Shown: one piece after another, positions 43,479 through 50,756 of the stretch | Numbering within the stretch: position 1 is the stretch's first letter | How the letters are laid out: every line of letters begins with the position of its first letter | Source of the DNA: Candidatus Omnitrophota bacterium | GTDB lineage: Bacteria > Omnitrophota > Gorgyraeia > Gygaellales > Profunditerraquicolaceae | Length of the DNA: 64,000 nucleotides | Assembly: GCA_963805065.1 (NCBI GenBank) | Contig: CAWDSS010000010.1 | Location: 536,359-600,358 of the forward strand | Reading direction: 5' to 3' | Position numbers and translations under genes: made by a program | Notes under the pieces: model-generated | Database searches by the model: none | Told to the model about the DNA's origin: nothing | What the model saw: the letters and a program-made list of their open reading frames with translations, nothing else

Positions 43479-43527
43479 TTTATTTACCTATATATAAAAG
43501 AAAAAAGTTAATGCTTCCCCTTACCCC

Positions 43528-43568
43528 AACCACTGATTTCACGGATTTTTCAATCACGGATTTCACGG
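43528..43568. repeat. Left arm of inverted repeat bracketing the giant-gene promoter and leader
   Basis: AACCACTGATT-T-CACGGAT-N8-CACGGAT-N2-CACGG. Its partner lies at 44063-44101. Confidence 0.8.
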
Positions 43569-43650
43569 TTTCGCCTCATTTAAAAAGCTTTATAAAACTT
43601 ATTAGTAAGTCCTTAAATAAAAAAGGTTGTCAAATACTGACTTTTCTCGT

Positions 43651-43750
43651 CGATATTCGGCAACCCGGCTATCTTTTCTTGCTTGACTTGGAATCTCCAA
43701 GACCCGTGGCTTTGCGCCCCCTGATCACTCAGGGTTTACCTTTTCGATCC
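43651..43750 (-). promoter_or_regulatory. GEMM-I (c-di-GMP-I riboswitch)-like aptamer candidate in the giant-gene leader
   Basis: Minus-strand RNA GGAUCGAAAAGGUAAACCCUGAGUGAUCAGGGGGCGCAAAGCCACGGGUCUUGGAGAUUCCAAGUCAAGCAAGAAAAGAUAGCCGGGUUGCCGAAUAUCG. It has GGUAAAC, then a 6-bp hairpin with a GNRA loop (CCCUGA-GUGA-UCAGGG), then GCGCAAAGCC, a second hairpin, and AGCCGGGUUGCCGAAU. From memory, the Vc2/GEMM-I blocks are GGCAAAC ... GACGCAAAGCC ... AGCGGGGUUACCGAUGG. Confidence 0.5.
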
Positions 43751-43772
43751 CCTACTTTTCAATTGCATTTCA

Positions 43773-43801
43773 AGTATAACATTTCAATAATCCCTTGTCA
43801 A
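43773..43801 (-). promoter_or_regulatory. Sigma-70-type promoter of the giant gene
   Basis: Minus strand TTGACA (43796-43801), 17-nt spacer, TATACT (43773-43778), about 295 nt upstream of the ATG. Confidence 0.6.
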
Positions 43802-43852
43802 GCCGAAAGTTAGGAATTAAAGATAACGCTTTCTTATCCCCATCTTTTTACA

Positions 43853-43909
43853 GGGACACCCAATATTTCAAAGCAGGGACACCCTTGTTTCTGAAGCTAA
43901 AGGTGTCCC
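43853..43909. repeat. GGGACACCC REP-like element, type 1 (half-site plus hairpin)
   Basis: GGGACACCCAATATTTCAAAGCAGGGACACCCTTGTTTCTGAAGCTAAAGGTGTCCC. It is near-identical to 54795-54851. Confidence 0.8.
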
Positions 43910-43957
43910 CTCTACCCTAAAATCTAGTAGATTATCCTTACAAACCTAATTCTACAT

Positions 43958-43993
43958 AGGGACACCCTTCCGATTGATTTCGAGGGTGTCCCT
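43958..43993. repeat. GGGACACCC REP-like hairpin, type 2
   Basis: AGGGACACCCTTCCGATTGATTTCGAGGGTGTCCCT. It differs at one base from the copy at 56838-56873. Confidence 0.85.
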
Positions 43994-44062
43994 GCTGTTC
44001 TATGTTTGCGGTGAATGAACCAAATTTTCGGGCTTTAATGATGAATTTTCGGGTATTTCTTT

Positions 44063-44101
44063 TTCCGTGTTATCCGTGTACGTTCCGTGTAATCAGTGGT
44101 T
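44063..44101. repeat. Right arm of the inverted repeat (reverse complement of the left arm)
   Basis: Reverse complement reads AACCACTGATT-A-CACGGAA-N4-CACGGAT-N2-CACGGAA. The first 11 bp are identical to the left arm, and both arms carry three CACGG sub-repeats. Confidence 0.8.
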
Positions 44102-44102
44102 C

Positions 44103-44154
44103 AGATTGGACATTTTTAGCATAATATGACAGGCTTATCTCAGATTGGACATTT
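44103..44154. repeat. Two direct copies of the 13-mer AGATTGGACATTT
   Basis: Copies at 44103-44115 and 44142-44154. The same 13-mer pair occurs at 54717-54792. Confidence 0.85.
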
Positions 44155-44174
44155 ATAAAATAACTTATATTGGT

Positions 44175-45044
44175 TTAACCTTTGAACAAATTACCTTGCG
44201 TGAATTGTAAGATAATTGGACCGGCGATAACTATTCCTATAACCGGCAATATGCAGAATATAAGCGGGATAAGCATTTTCATGGGGGCTTGTAGGGCTAT
44301 TCTTTCTCCTCTTTGTGCCCGTTGCATCCTGACGTCCTCAGACAACATACCCAGGACCTCAACCACGGGGGTACCCATTCTTTCTGCCTGGGTGAGAGTA
44401 TTGACAAAAGAGCGTATCTCCGGAAGCTCTATCCTTTTGGCCATATCTTTTAAAGCCTGTAAACGGGGCTTGCCCCATTTTATTTCTTCCAGGACAAACG
44501 CTAATTCTTCTATCATAGGGTTGGTTTTGGTCTTCTTAACTATCCATTCCATGGACATGGTAAAATCTAATCCTGCATCCATGCACAGGCTCAATAAATC
44601 TACTACCTCAGGCAGCACTTTCGAAATAACTTGCCTGCGTTTTGCTATTCTCTTGCTTAGCCAAACATCAGGAATCATATAACCAAATGCCAAAGCCGCA
44701 ACTATGGCAGGAGCTACAATCTTGCTAAATATAAGATAGGTTACAAATACTAAAGCAATCATTAATACAAACTTTAGGCTGAAGAATTCTACGGGTGTCA
44801 GCTTAAGGCGGGCAGCATACAGCCTCTGGTAAATCTTTTCTTTTAACTTGGGGTTCTGCAAGGCGAAGTTGCTGAGCCGAAACACCGGTTTTAAATACCT
44901 CAGGAAATCCGCCTTTACTCCCGTAGGTAGTTCTGATGAGGGAAGGCGCTGGCGTATCTGGGCGTTACTGTTCATAATGCCCAGGGTTGCCGTAAGCACA
45001 AGGCCGATAGCAACGATGAAAAATAAGAAAATCAGGTATATCAT
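44175..45044 (-). CDS. tadC: Tad/Flp pilus inner-membrane platform protein TadC (T2SS-F family)
   Basis: 289 aa. GspF-like core LPEVVDLLSLCMDAGLDFTMSMEWIV ... RSFVNTLTQAERMGTPVVEVLGMLSEDVRMQR with N- and C-terminal TM helices. It is the second of two tandem paralogues. Confidence 0.8.
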   Translation of the reverse strand: MIYLIFLFFIVAIGLVLTATLGIMNSNAQIRQRLPSSELPTGVKADFLRYLKPVFRLSNFALQNPKLKEKIYQRLYAARLKLTPVEFFSLKFVLMIALVFVTYLIFSKIVAPAIVAALAFGYMIPDVWLSKRIAKRRQVISKVLPEVVDLLSLCMDAGLDFTMSMEWIVKKTKTNPMIEELAFVLEEIKWGKPRLQALKDMAKRIELPEIRSFVNTLTQAERMGTPVVEVLGMLSEDVRMQRAQRGERIALQAPMKMLIPLIFCILPVIGIVIAGPIILQFTQGNLFKG

Positions 45045-45046
45045 GT

Positions 45047-45895
45047 TTAGAAATCTATCTTACTGAATTGGATTATTAAAAAAATCCCCAATATCTGCAG
45101 GAAAGCAGCTGCCATCAAAAACATCCTGCCGACATCGCTTTGCAGCATAATATCAAAATGATGCCTGTTTATCGTAAGCACCCATCCGATAAACGCAATG
45201 GGTAATACCGACATGACTACGCCCTGAATCTTTCCCTGAAGAGTCAAGGTGGTTATCTGGTCTCTGAGTTTACGTTTAGCCCTCATGGTTTCGGCAAGCC
45301 TAGAAAATACCTTGGTAAGGTCGCCTCCTGTTTCGCGCGCCACAAGTATGGAACTTACCATCAGCTCAAGGTCATCAGATTGGGTGCGTTTATTTAGGCG
45401 GGCAAGACTCTCCTCCAGGGGAATCCCTACCTTGTTCTCCCTTAAAACCAGGCTGAATTCCTGGTTAAGGGGTGGAGGCATTTCTTCCACTACAACTTCC
45501 ATGGCCTGCAATAAAGATAGGCCTCCTTTTAATGCCGAGGAAAGCGTCATCAGCGCATCTACAAGCTGGTTTTGAAACTTTTTCTTACGCGTCACTTCGA
45601 TTCTCTTGATTATAACCTCAGGCAAAATAAAACCTGCGGCCATGCCGATTAATACGAAGGCTATCTTATTAAAAATAAAAAAAGCTGCTGCTGCCAAAAT
45701 AACCGGGCTTAGGGTATAATATAAAAAGAGCTTGCTGGTGGGAACCATCACGAACATATCTTCCAGCTGGGTCTCTGCCTGGCTTACCTTCTTTCTCTGG
45801 GCGCGGTGAAATTTATTGGTAAGAAAAGGCACCAGCTGGCTGCCAATCAAACCTACCGAAGCAAACATAAATATCAATATGATTAGTTTAAGCAT
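45047..45895 (-). CDS. tadB: Tad/Flp pilus inner-membrane platform protein TadB (T2SS-F family)
   Basis: 282 aa. LVDALMTLSSALKGGLSLLQAMEVVVEEMPPPLNQEF ... LMVSSILVARETGGDLTKVFSRLAETMRAKRKL. TM helices at both ends. Confidence 0.8.
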   Translation of the reverse strand: MLKLIILIFMFASVGLIGSQLVPFLTNKFHRAQRKKVSQAETQLEDMFVMVPTSKLFLYYTLSPVILAAAAFFIFNKIAFVLIGMAAGFILPEVIIKRIEVTRKKKFQNQLVDALMTLSSALKGGLSLLQAMEVVVEEMPPPLNQEFSLVLRENKVGIPLEESLARLNKRTQSDDLELMVSSILVARETGGDLTKVFSRLAETMRAKRKLRDQITTLTLQGKIQGVVMSVLPIAFIGWVLTINRHHFDIMLQSDVGRMFLMAAAFLQILGIFLIIQFSKIDF

Positions 45896-45910
45896 AAATA
45901 AACCTGGCTG

Positions 45911-46132
45911 CTACTCGAACCTGCCGCAGGGAATGAGGTTTCCTGCGGAATCATAACATTTGGTGCCGGTCGGATAATACTGCCTGCCGTGGCCGAATGT
46001 ATCTCCCACATCACGCCACCTGCCGGTTATCGCCCTCCTTAAATAAACTGACATGGCAAGCAATGCAGCTACGATTATTGCGATTAACACTGCGTACTCT
46101 AATGAACTAAAGGCCTTGCGTATATTAATCAC
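45911..46132 (-). CDS. Flp/pseudopilin-like small protein
   Basis: The N-terminus MINIRKAFSSLEYAVLIAIIVAALLAMSVYLRRAITGRWRD shares the xSxLEY + hydrophobic helix + Y-x-(K/R)R motif with the pilin paralogues at 50.7-52.8 kb. Confidence 0.55.
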   Translation of the reverse strand: MINIRKAFSSLEYAVLIAIIVAALLAMSVYLRRAITGRWRDVGDTFGHGRQYYPTGTKCYDSAGNLIPCGRFE

Positions 46133-46580
46133 CTGCCCCCTCCCATTGTATATTAATCAACTTCTTTCCCCCTGATTCGAACAGGGTGAATAAAACTGTT
46201 TTTGATTTTAGATTATAATCCGCTGATACGACTGTTTCTAAGCCGCCTTTTTGGTAAATGCGCCAATTAGTAACTGCTTGAAATTTTCCTCCCGCCTGCC
46301 TTGAGCCTCGGGCAAAACTTTTATAAAATTCTCTCCTGTAAGCTTCCTTTTCCTTTGCGTTAGCAAGCTTACTATAGGTTGCCCCCACGTCTAAACCTAA
46401 AGCCTTCAGATGCTCCCAGTCAACGAACTTTTCCATGTCTTGTTTTCCTTCCACAAAGCCCTGGAAAATACCGCGGCATAATTCTATATCGTTAGGCTGC
46501 TGTCTGTATAAATAGACGGCGAGGATTAACGCAAGGATGATTAGGACAAACCCCAAAACCTTCTTATATTCATTATTCAT
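46125..46580 (-). CDS. Hypothetical membrane-anchored protein
   Basis: 151 aa with an N-terminal TM (VLGFVLIILALILAVYLY). Tightly packed within the operon. No family recognised. Confidence 0.5.
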   Translation of the reverse strand: MNNEYKKVLGFVLIILALILAVYLYRQQPNDIELCRGIFQGFVEGKQDMEKFVDWEHLKALGLDVGATYSKLANAKEKEAYRREFYKSFARGSRQAGGKFQAVTNWRIYQKGGLETVVSADYNLKSKTVLFTLFESGGKKLINIQWEGAGD

Positions 46581-46583
46581 AGC

Positions 46584-49415
46584 TTAGTGCGTTCCAGACA
46601 AAGACACGTCTGTAGCCGTATAGCTAGCGCGGCTCGTGCGTTTAATGGTAGTTGTCGGCCCGGCAACAGGACTCCAGATTAAACCCAGGTTAGCCGAGCC
46701 AGAATGAGTAAGCGCCGTTCCCGCAGGGTCAGTTCGGGTAATTTCTATCCAGGTGTTTTTGGAATCTTTGTCCCACCAAAGTTTCTGGCACTTCTTACCC
46801 CTAAGCCAGTTTCCCGAAGAAGTCTTGTGTAAATAAGGGAACAAAAATGCCCCGGTTTCCACCCTCACAGAATGTTCTCCTTCAGTATCCTTCCAGCTGT
46901 ATTCTACTGCTCCTTTTCCATCTTTAGCGCGATTATCCGGAGAGCTTATCAAGACATCGTTAAACTGCTGTAATTCCGGAAGAAAAGCATTGATACTCTG
47001 AATTTCATCTGTCAGTGTATCTAAAACCGGCTGAAATTCATCTTGGTTATCTTGGTCTATGGTAGCAAAGGTATCATCAGATGCGCCATTGTAAGTAAGG
47101 TTGCTGATGTAATTTTGCAACGCTGTTAGGCGGCTATTAAAAGTGGCTGGGGCTGTTGCTGGTATATTCAGATCAGGCGCGGCAATACTACGGCTTACAG
47201 TGCCCCTGCCTGACCCGGGGTATGTTGTTGTGGTGGTTGTGGTAGTGGTGCAACCAGCGTTGCCAGTTTGAATGCAGCTGCAAGTCCACCAGCCGTAAGG
47301 ATTCCAAATGCAAGGAGACGCGCAACAGGGTGAAGTCGGGGCGCATACACTGCCATATACAGGCCATGCGCCTGTGCCATCAGGAGCAGGACGCGTAGTG
47401 CCTGCCACTGATAGAGTTCCACATGAAATTGGGGTGGTCGTGCTTGTAGTACAAGTGCAAGTATATGTATATGACACATCCCAACTCATTGTTCCAGAAC
47501 CAGGGGGGCCCAACGGCGTGGTACTACAACCGCTATGAATAGGGCTGGTTAGTCCCACGCTATTTATACTGGTTATTGCAATACTGCCAACAGAACATGT
47601 GCCGGGATAAGGACAGGAAGCTGCAGAATAGCCTGTAGTGGGCGGGCTTAAGTAGTTACTTCCGGCAACAGCTATCTCATTAAGCAGGATAGATTTGTCT
47701 GACGGATAAACTTTACATATAGGATTGGGGAAATAGGGACCGGTAATGCTTGTTCCGGTCAGCCTCCAATTACAGGAATAATCACTATCATTGCAAGAAT
47801 ATTCTGCTGCACTTTCTTCTTTATAAACAGTGGTGCTACCCGTGTTATATGCCAACTGGCAACCCGGCAAACTATTCCTTACCCTAGTAATCTGGTCTTT
47901 CCAATCATTCATCCAAGTAGCAATTCCTGCTAACATATTGTAGTGATCCATTGTCGTAGCTGTATGATGCGAGTAATACAGGTTATCAAACCAGTCCCAA
48001 TCATCAGAGCCTCCGCTGGGATATCTTTGCTTTAACTGTTGGCTCAATTGATTTGCGTCATATTTATAAAAGCCGCAGGAATCCGGCTTTAATATGTCTT
48101 TTGCGTCTTTAAGGAAATCTTCGTAATGCATGCGGGCGTAATCATAATCATCCAAGCTTGATGGCAGGTCAGGGCAATCAGTATCGCTGTTTTCATTACA
48201 ATTATAATAAGCATCGAGGTCGGCTTGTGTAGGGCCGGGTATGTAGAAAATAGCATACCCGCAATGCGCAATAGCGTCCAACAGACGGGTCATCGGAGAC
48301 TCTGAGCCTAAATAATACGCGGACGTGCCGGAACCCATTGCGACCTCTGGACCGCAAGAACATTCTATTTCTTTTCTATCCATCTGCTTAATGAAATCCG
48401 AAGCCTGCTCATAAAATGGAATCAGGGAATTAGTTAAGAAATTATTTACCAAATCCTTGAGATTGGTAATTGAGTTTTGCAGGTTCTGCAGATGATTATA
48501 CCACCAATAATCAAAACAGCGAGTCCTTTCAGCGGTTATGCCGTCGTGGTCTAAATCCAGGGGGTCTCCTCCGGAAACTACGACCGAGGAATCATTCCAG
48601 GTAACCCAGTTGCCGTCAGAGGAAGTCCAGCCAACTGAGGTATTTTCACCACAAGTAACGTCTTTGGAAAGATTAGTCATAGTCGGGTCATCCACCACCT
48701 GATTAAGCGCATAGAGAAATATCCCTTCCCTGGCAGCTTCATATTCAGGCAAGCCGTTTAACATCTTATTTAATGTAGACATATTCTGGCTATTTATTGC
48801 TGCCTTGTTACTTGCGTTATAAGCAATGGCTCCTGTGCCAACTGTCCCTGTTGCAGCTGAAGCTACAGCTACTACATCGCCTATTGATATACTGGACAAT
48901 TCTCCTGATGCTAAACCAGCAAATTCCTTTGCTGCAAACTCGGACCCTCCAAAAAAAGCGCTTGCCGCAGCAAACCCCTGCAGCGCTCCCATTCCAGCCC
49001 CATTTACTCCTTGCACAATCATGTTTCCAATGGCTCCTGCAGCTGTAACTAAACCGAAAAATCCTACCCATCCCCATAAGCCTGCTGGCGGACAGCAAAT
49101 TGTTAAAACTAATGCTACTATGAAAGCAAGCACAACGCCTAATAATCCACTCCTGCTGCATTTGCTATAGCTATTACCCAATGCCACATAGAGATAATGA
49201 GCTTTAGAAGCAAGCGTGCTTCCTAAATAAAGCGCAGTAGAATCAGCTGCATTGGCAACTGTGGTTGCCCTATAAGAAACAGTGCCCAGGTTAAGCGTAA
49301 CCAAAATAAACACTATCACCGCCACCATTATCAGTATAAGTATAGTGGCGATTTGGCCTCCAGCCGCCTGTATTTGGAGGTTGCGTAACGAAGATATTCT
49401 CTTTAAATAAATCAT
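46584..49415 (-). CDS. TadG-like large pilus-associated protein with a Cys/Thr-rich C-terminal half
   Basis: 943 aa. The N-terminal GGQIATILILIMVAVIVFILVTLNLGTV resembles the TadE/G-like anchor. A Gly-rich hydrophobic block follows (GLWGWVGFFGLVTAAGAIGNMIVQGVNGAGMGALQGFAAASAFFGG). The C-terminal half has many Cys and a T9 run (CTTTTTTTTTYPGSG, about 47215-47260). Confidence 0.6.
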   Translation of the reverse strand: MIYLKRISSLRNLQIQAAGGQIATILILIMVAVIVFILVTLNLGTVSYRATTVANAADSTALYLGSTLASKAHYLYVALGNSYSKCSRSGLLGVVLAFIVALVLTICCPPAGLWGWVGFFGLVTAAGAIGNMIVQGVNGAGMGALQGFAAASAFFGGSEFAAKEFAGLASGELSSISIGDVVAVASAATGTVGTGAIAYNASNKAAINSQNMSTLNKMLNGLPEYEAAREGIFLYALNQVVDDPTMTNLSKDVTCGENTSVGWTSSDGNWVTWNDSSVVVSGGDPLDLDHDGITAERTRCFDYWWYNHLQNLQNSITNLKDLVNNFLTNSLIPFYEQASDFIKQMDRKEIECSCGPEVAMGSGTSAYYLGSESPMTRLLDAIAHCGYAIFYIPGPTQADLDAYYNCNENSDTDCPDLPSSLDDYDYARMHYEDFLKDAKDILKPDSCGFYKYDANQLSQQLKQRYPSGGSDDWDWFDNLYYSHHTATTMDHYNMLAGIATWMNDWKDQITRVRNSLPGCQLAYNTGSTTVYKEESAAEYSCNDSDYSCNWRLTGTSITGPYFPNPICKVYPSDKSILLNEIAVAGSNYLSPPTTGYSAASCPYPGTCSVGSIAITSINSVGLTSPIHSGCSTTPLGPPGSGTMSWDVSYTYTCTCTTSTTTPISCGTLSVAGTTRPAPDGTGAWPVYGSVCAPTSPCCASPCIWNPYGWWTCSCIQTGNAGCTTTTTTTTTYPGSGRGTVSRSIAAPDLNIPATAPATFNSRLTALQNYISNLTYNGASDDTFATIDQDNQDEFQPVLDTLTDEIQSINAFLPELQQFNDVLISSPDNRAKDGKGAVEYSWKDTEGEHSVRVETGAFLFPYLHKTSSGNWLRGKKCQKLWWDKDSKNTWIEITRTDPAGTALTHSGSANLGLIWSPVAGPTTTIKRTSRASYTATDVSLSGTH

Positions 49416-49431
49416 CCTGGCCTCTTAATCG

Positions 49432-49692
49432 CTAAAAATTCTTGAAAAAATCTAAATTTGCCAACTCATCTTCATTAACCTCTACTGTCCAGTTGGTCGC
49501 AGTATCTGCTGCTATTTCCCGGCCACATTCAGGGCTGCTTTCATAATACTGCTGGCGGATGACCAGTCGGTTATTCACATAAAGGAATATTGCCACTGCT
49601 GCCCAAAAAAGAAGCAGCACGATGACCATGGCAAAAGCGAATTCTAAAGTTACCTGGCCGTTACCAGGGTGTTTCCTGGGTCTGTTTTTCAT
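49432..49692 (-). CDS. TadE-like minor pilin
   Basis: 86 aa. GNGQVTLEFAFAMVIVLLLFWAAVAIFLY matches the TadE-like N-terminal motif. Confidence 0.6.
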   Translation of the reverse strand: MKNRPRKHPGNGQVTLEFAFAMVIVLLLFWAAVAIFLYVNNRLVIRQQYYESSPECGREIAADTATNWTVEVNEDELANLDFFKNF

Positions 49693-50743
49693 TCCTGTTC
49701 TCGGTATTGGTTATAGGAGTCTCGGTAACTGTACTAGTTCCATAATGCCTGAACACAATCATCCTGATATTGCTATAATTTTGGCTTAAGGTATCGGTTG
49801 TAGTTATGCCTGTAGTTGCCTCCTGTTTCCTTAATGTGTTATTCTTTATATGGGTATCTGTGTAATCCTGCTGCACACCCATGCTCTTTAAATTGTTGGC
49901 AGCAACACTAAAAAGATTATCTAACTCACTTCCGCAATACCAGGGAATCTCAATATCGGGGCTGCAGAGTTGGGAACAATTGGTTCCTGACTCAAGCTGG
50001 CATTCTTTTACGCAAAAATTCTTGTCGGTTATAGTGTTGCACTGCCTCTTACAACCGCTATAATCCAAAATTTCTCCTTCGCAGGAATCAATAACCTTTA
50101 TAGAGCTTAATGTATTCCAATTTGGATCTTTTTGGTCCCAGTTGCTTCCACCGGAAGTTAACCCTTGCATATTTTGAGCAGTGTATATCAATGCATATTT
50201 TTGCCACCTGCGTTCTTTTTCGCAATTGTCAGTGGTCCCTATGGCAATATTGCGGAACCCCGCAGTAAGATAATAACAGGGAGGATTACTTCCCGGCGGC
50301 GAAAGCCGGCAATTGTTTCTACACGCACTATCATTAGCTGCGCAAGTCCCACAAGCTACCGCTCCGTCTGGCCCGCCGCTGCCAGGACAAGTGCTGCCTT
50401 TAATATCAATTGCCATTGCTGGCAATTCATCAATATAATCTGCGGTTTCATTCATTGTATAATTACGTATAACAGAGGCAGCGGAATTTGCGGGGATAAA
50501 AGAACCCTGCCCAAAGGCATCGCTGGGATCGGGTATGTGCCTATCGCTTATATATATGTAGCTGGCTGTTCCTTTTTGCTTGGCGAGTATTAATGCCCTT
50601 CTAAATGTTTGCTGCGTTATCTGTTGCAGGTAATTATTTTTTAGGCCGTAAGAAAGGAGGGCTGCGATAAAGGCTATTAACAGGGCTCCTAAGATGGAAA
50701 TTTCCAATAATGATTGCGCCTTTTTTTTCCTATGAATTAGCAT
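49661..50743 (-). CDS. Pseudopilin-like protein with a large Cys-rich domain (TadF/minor-pilin candidate)
   Basis: 360 aa. The N-terminus is KKKAQSLLEISILGALLIAFIAALL. About 15 Cys are spread through the C-terminal 250 aa. Confidence 0.5.
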   Translation of the reverse strand: MLIHRKKKAQSLLEISILGALLIAFIAALLSYGLKNNYLQQITQQTFRRALILAKQKGTASYIYISDRHIPDPSDAFGQGSFIPANSAASVIRNYTMNETADYIDELPAMAIDIKGSTCPGSGGPDGAVACGTCAANDSACRNNCRLSPPGSNPPCYYLTAGFRNIAIGTTDNCEKERRWQKYALIYTAQNMQGLTSGGSNWDQKDPNWNTLSSIKVIDSCEGEILDYSGCKRQCNTITDKNFCVKECQLESGTNCSQLCSPDIEIPWYCGSELDNLFSVAANNLKSMGVQQDYTDTHIKNNTLRKQEATTGITTTDTLSQNYSNIRMIVFRHYGTSTVTETPITNTENRNEKQTQETPW

Positions 50744-50756
50744 CGCTTAACAACTC

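Noticed and set aside
97-43478. Dozens of 60-153 aa ORFs from the track on both strands across the first 43.5 kb (e.g. 15481-15942, 18570-18998, 11605-12000)
   Set aside because: All lie inside the giant minus-strand frame. Their translations are S/L/F/C-rich low-complexity sequence typical of antisense or off-frame shadows of K/E-rich coding DNA. None has an SD or a recognisable motif.
43600-43650. Intrinsic terminator as the expression platform after the giant-gene aptamer (GUCA-GUAUU-UGAC followed by AACCUUUUUUAUUU)
   Set aside because: The stem is only 4 bp and is separated from the U-tract. It is too weak to call, so the regulatory mechanism of the leader remains undefined.
44020-44060. 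Short direct repeat aattttcggg occurring twice (about 44024-44055)
   Set aside because: Only two copies of a 10-mer inside the inverted-repeat-bounded cassette. It is insufficient to interpret separately.
44182-45575. Plus-strand ORFs of 166 aa (44182-44682) and 108 aa (45249-45575)
   Set aside because: They are antisense to the well-supported tadC and tadB genes. No SD and no motifs.
47195-49170. Several 76-114 aa ORFs on both strands inside the 943-aa gene (e.g. 48817-49161 minus, 48826-49170 plus, 47195-47479 minus)
   Set aside because: This stretch appears GC-richer and stop-poor by eye, so off-frame ORFs are expected. The long frame has the operon context and the TadG-like N-terminus.
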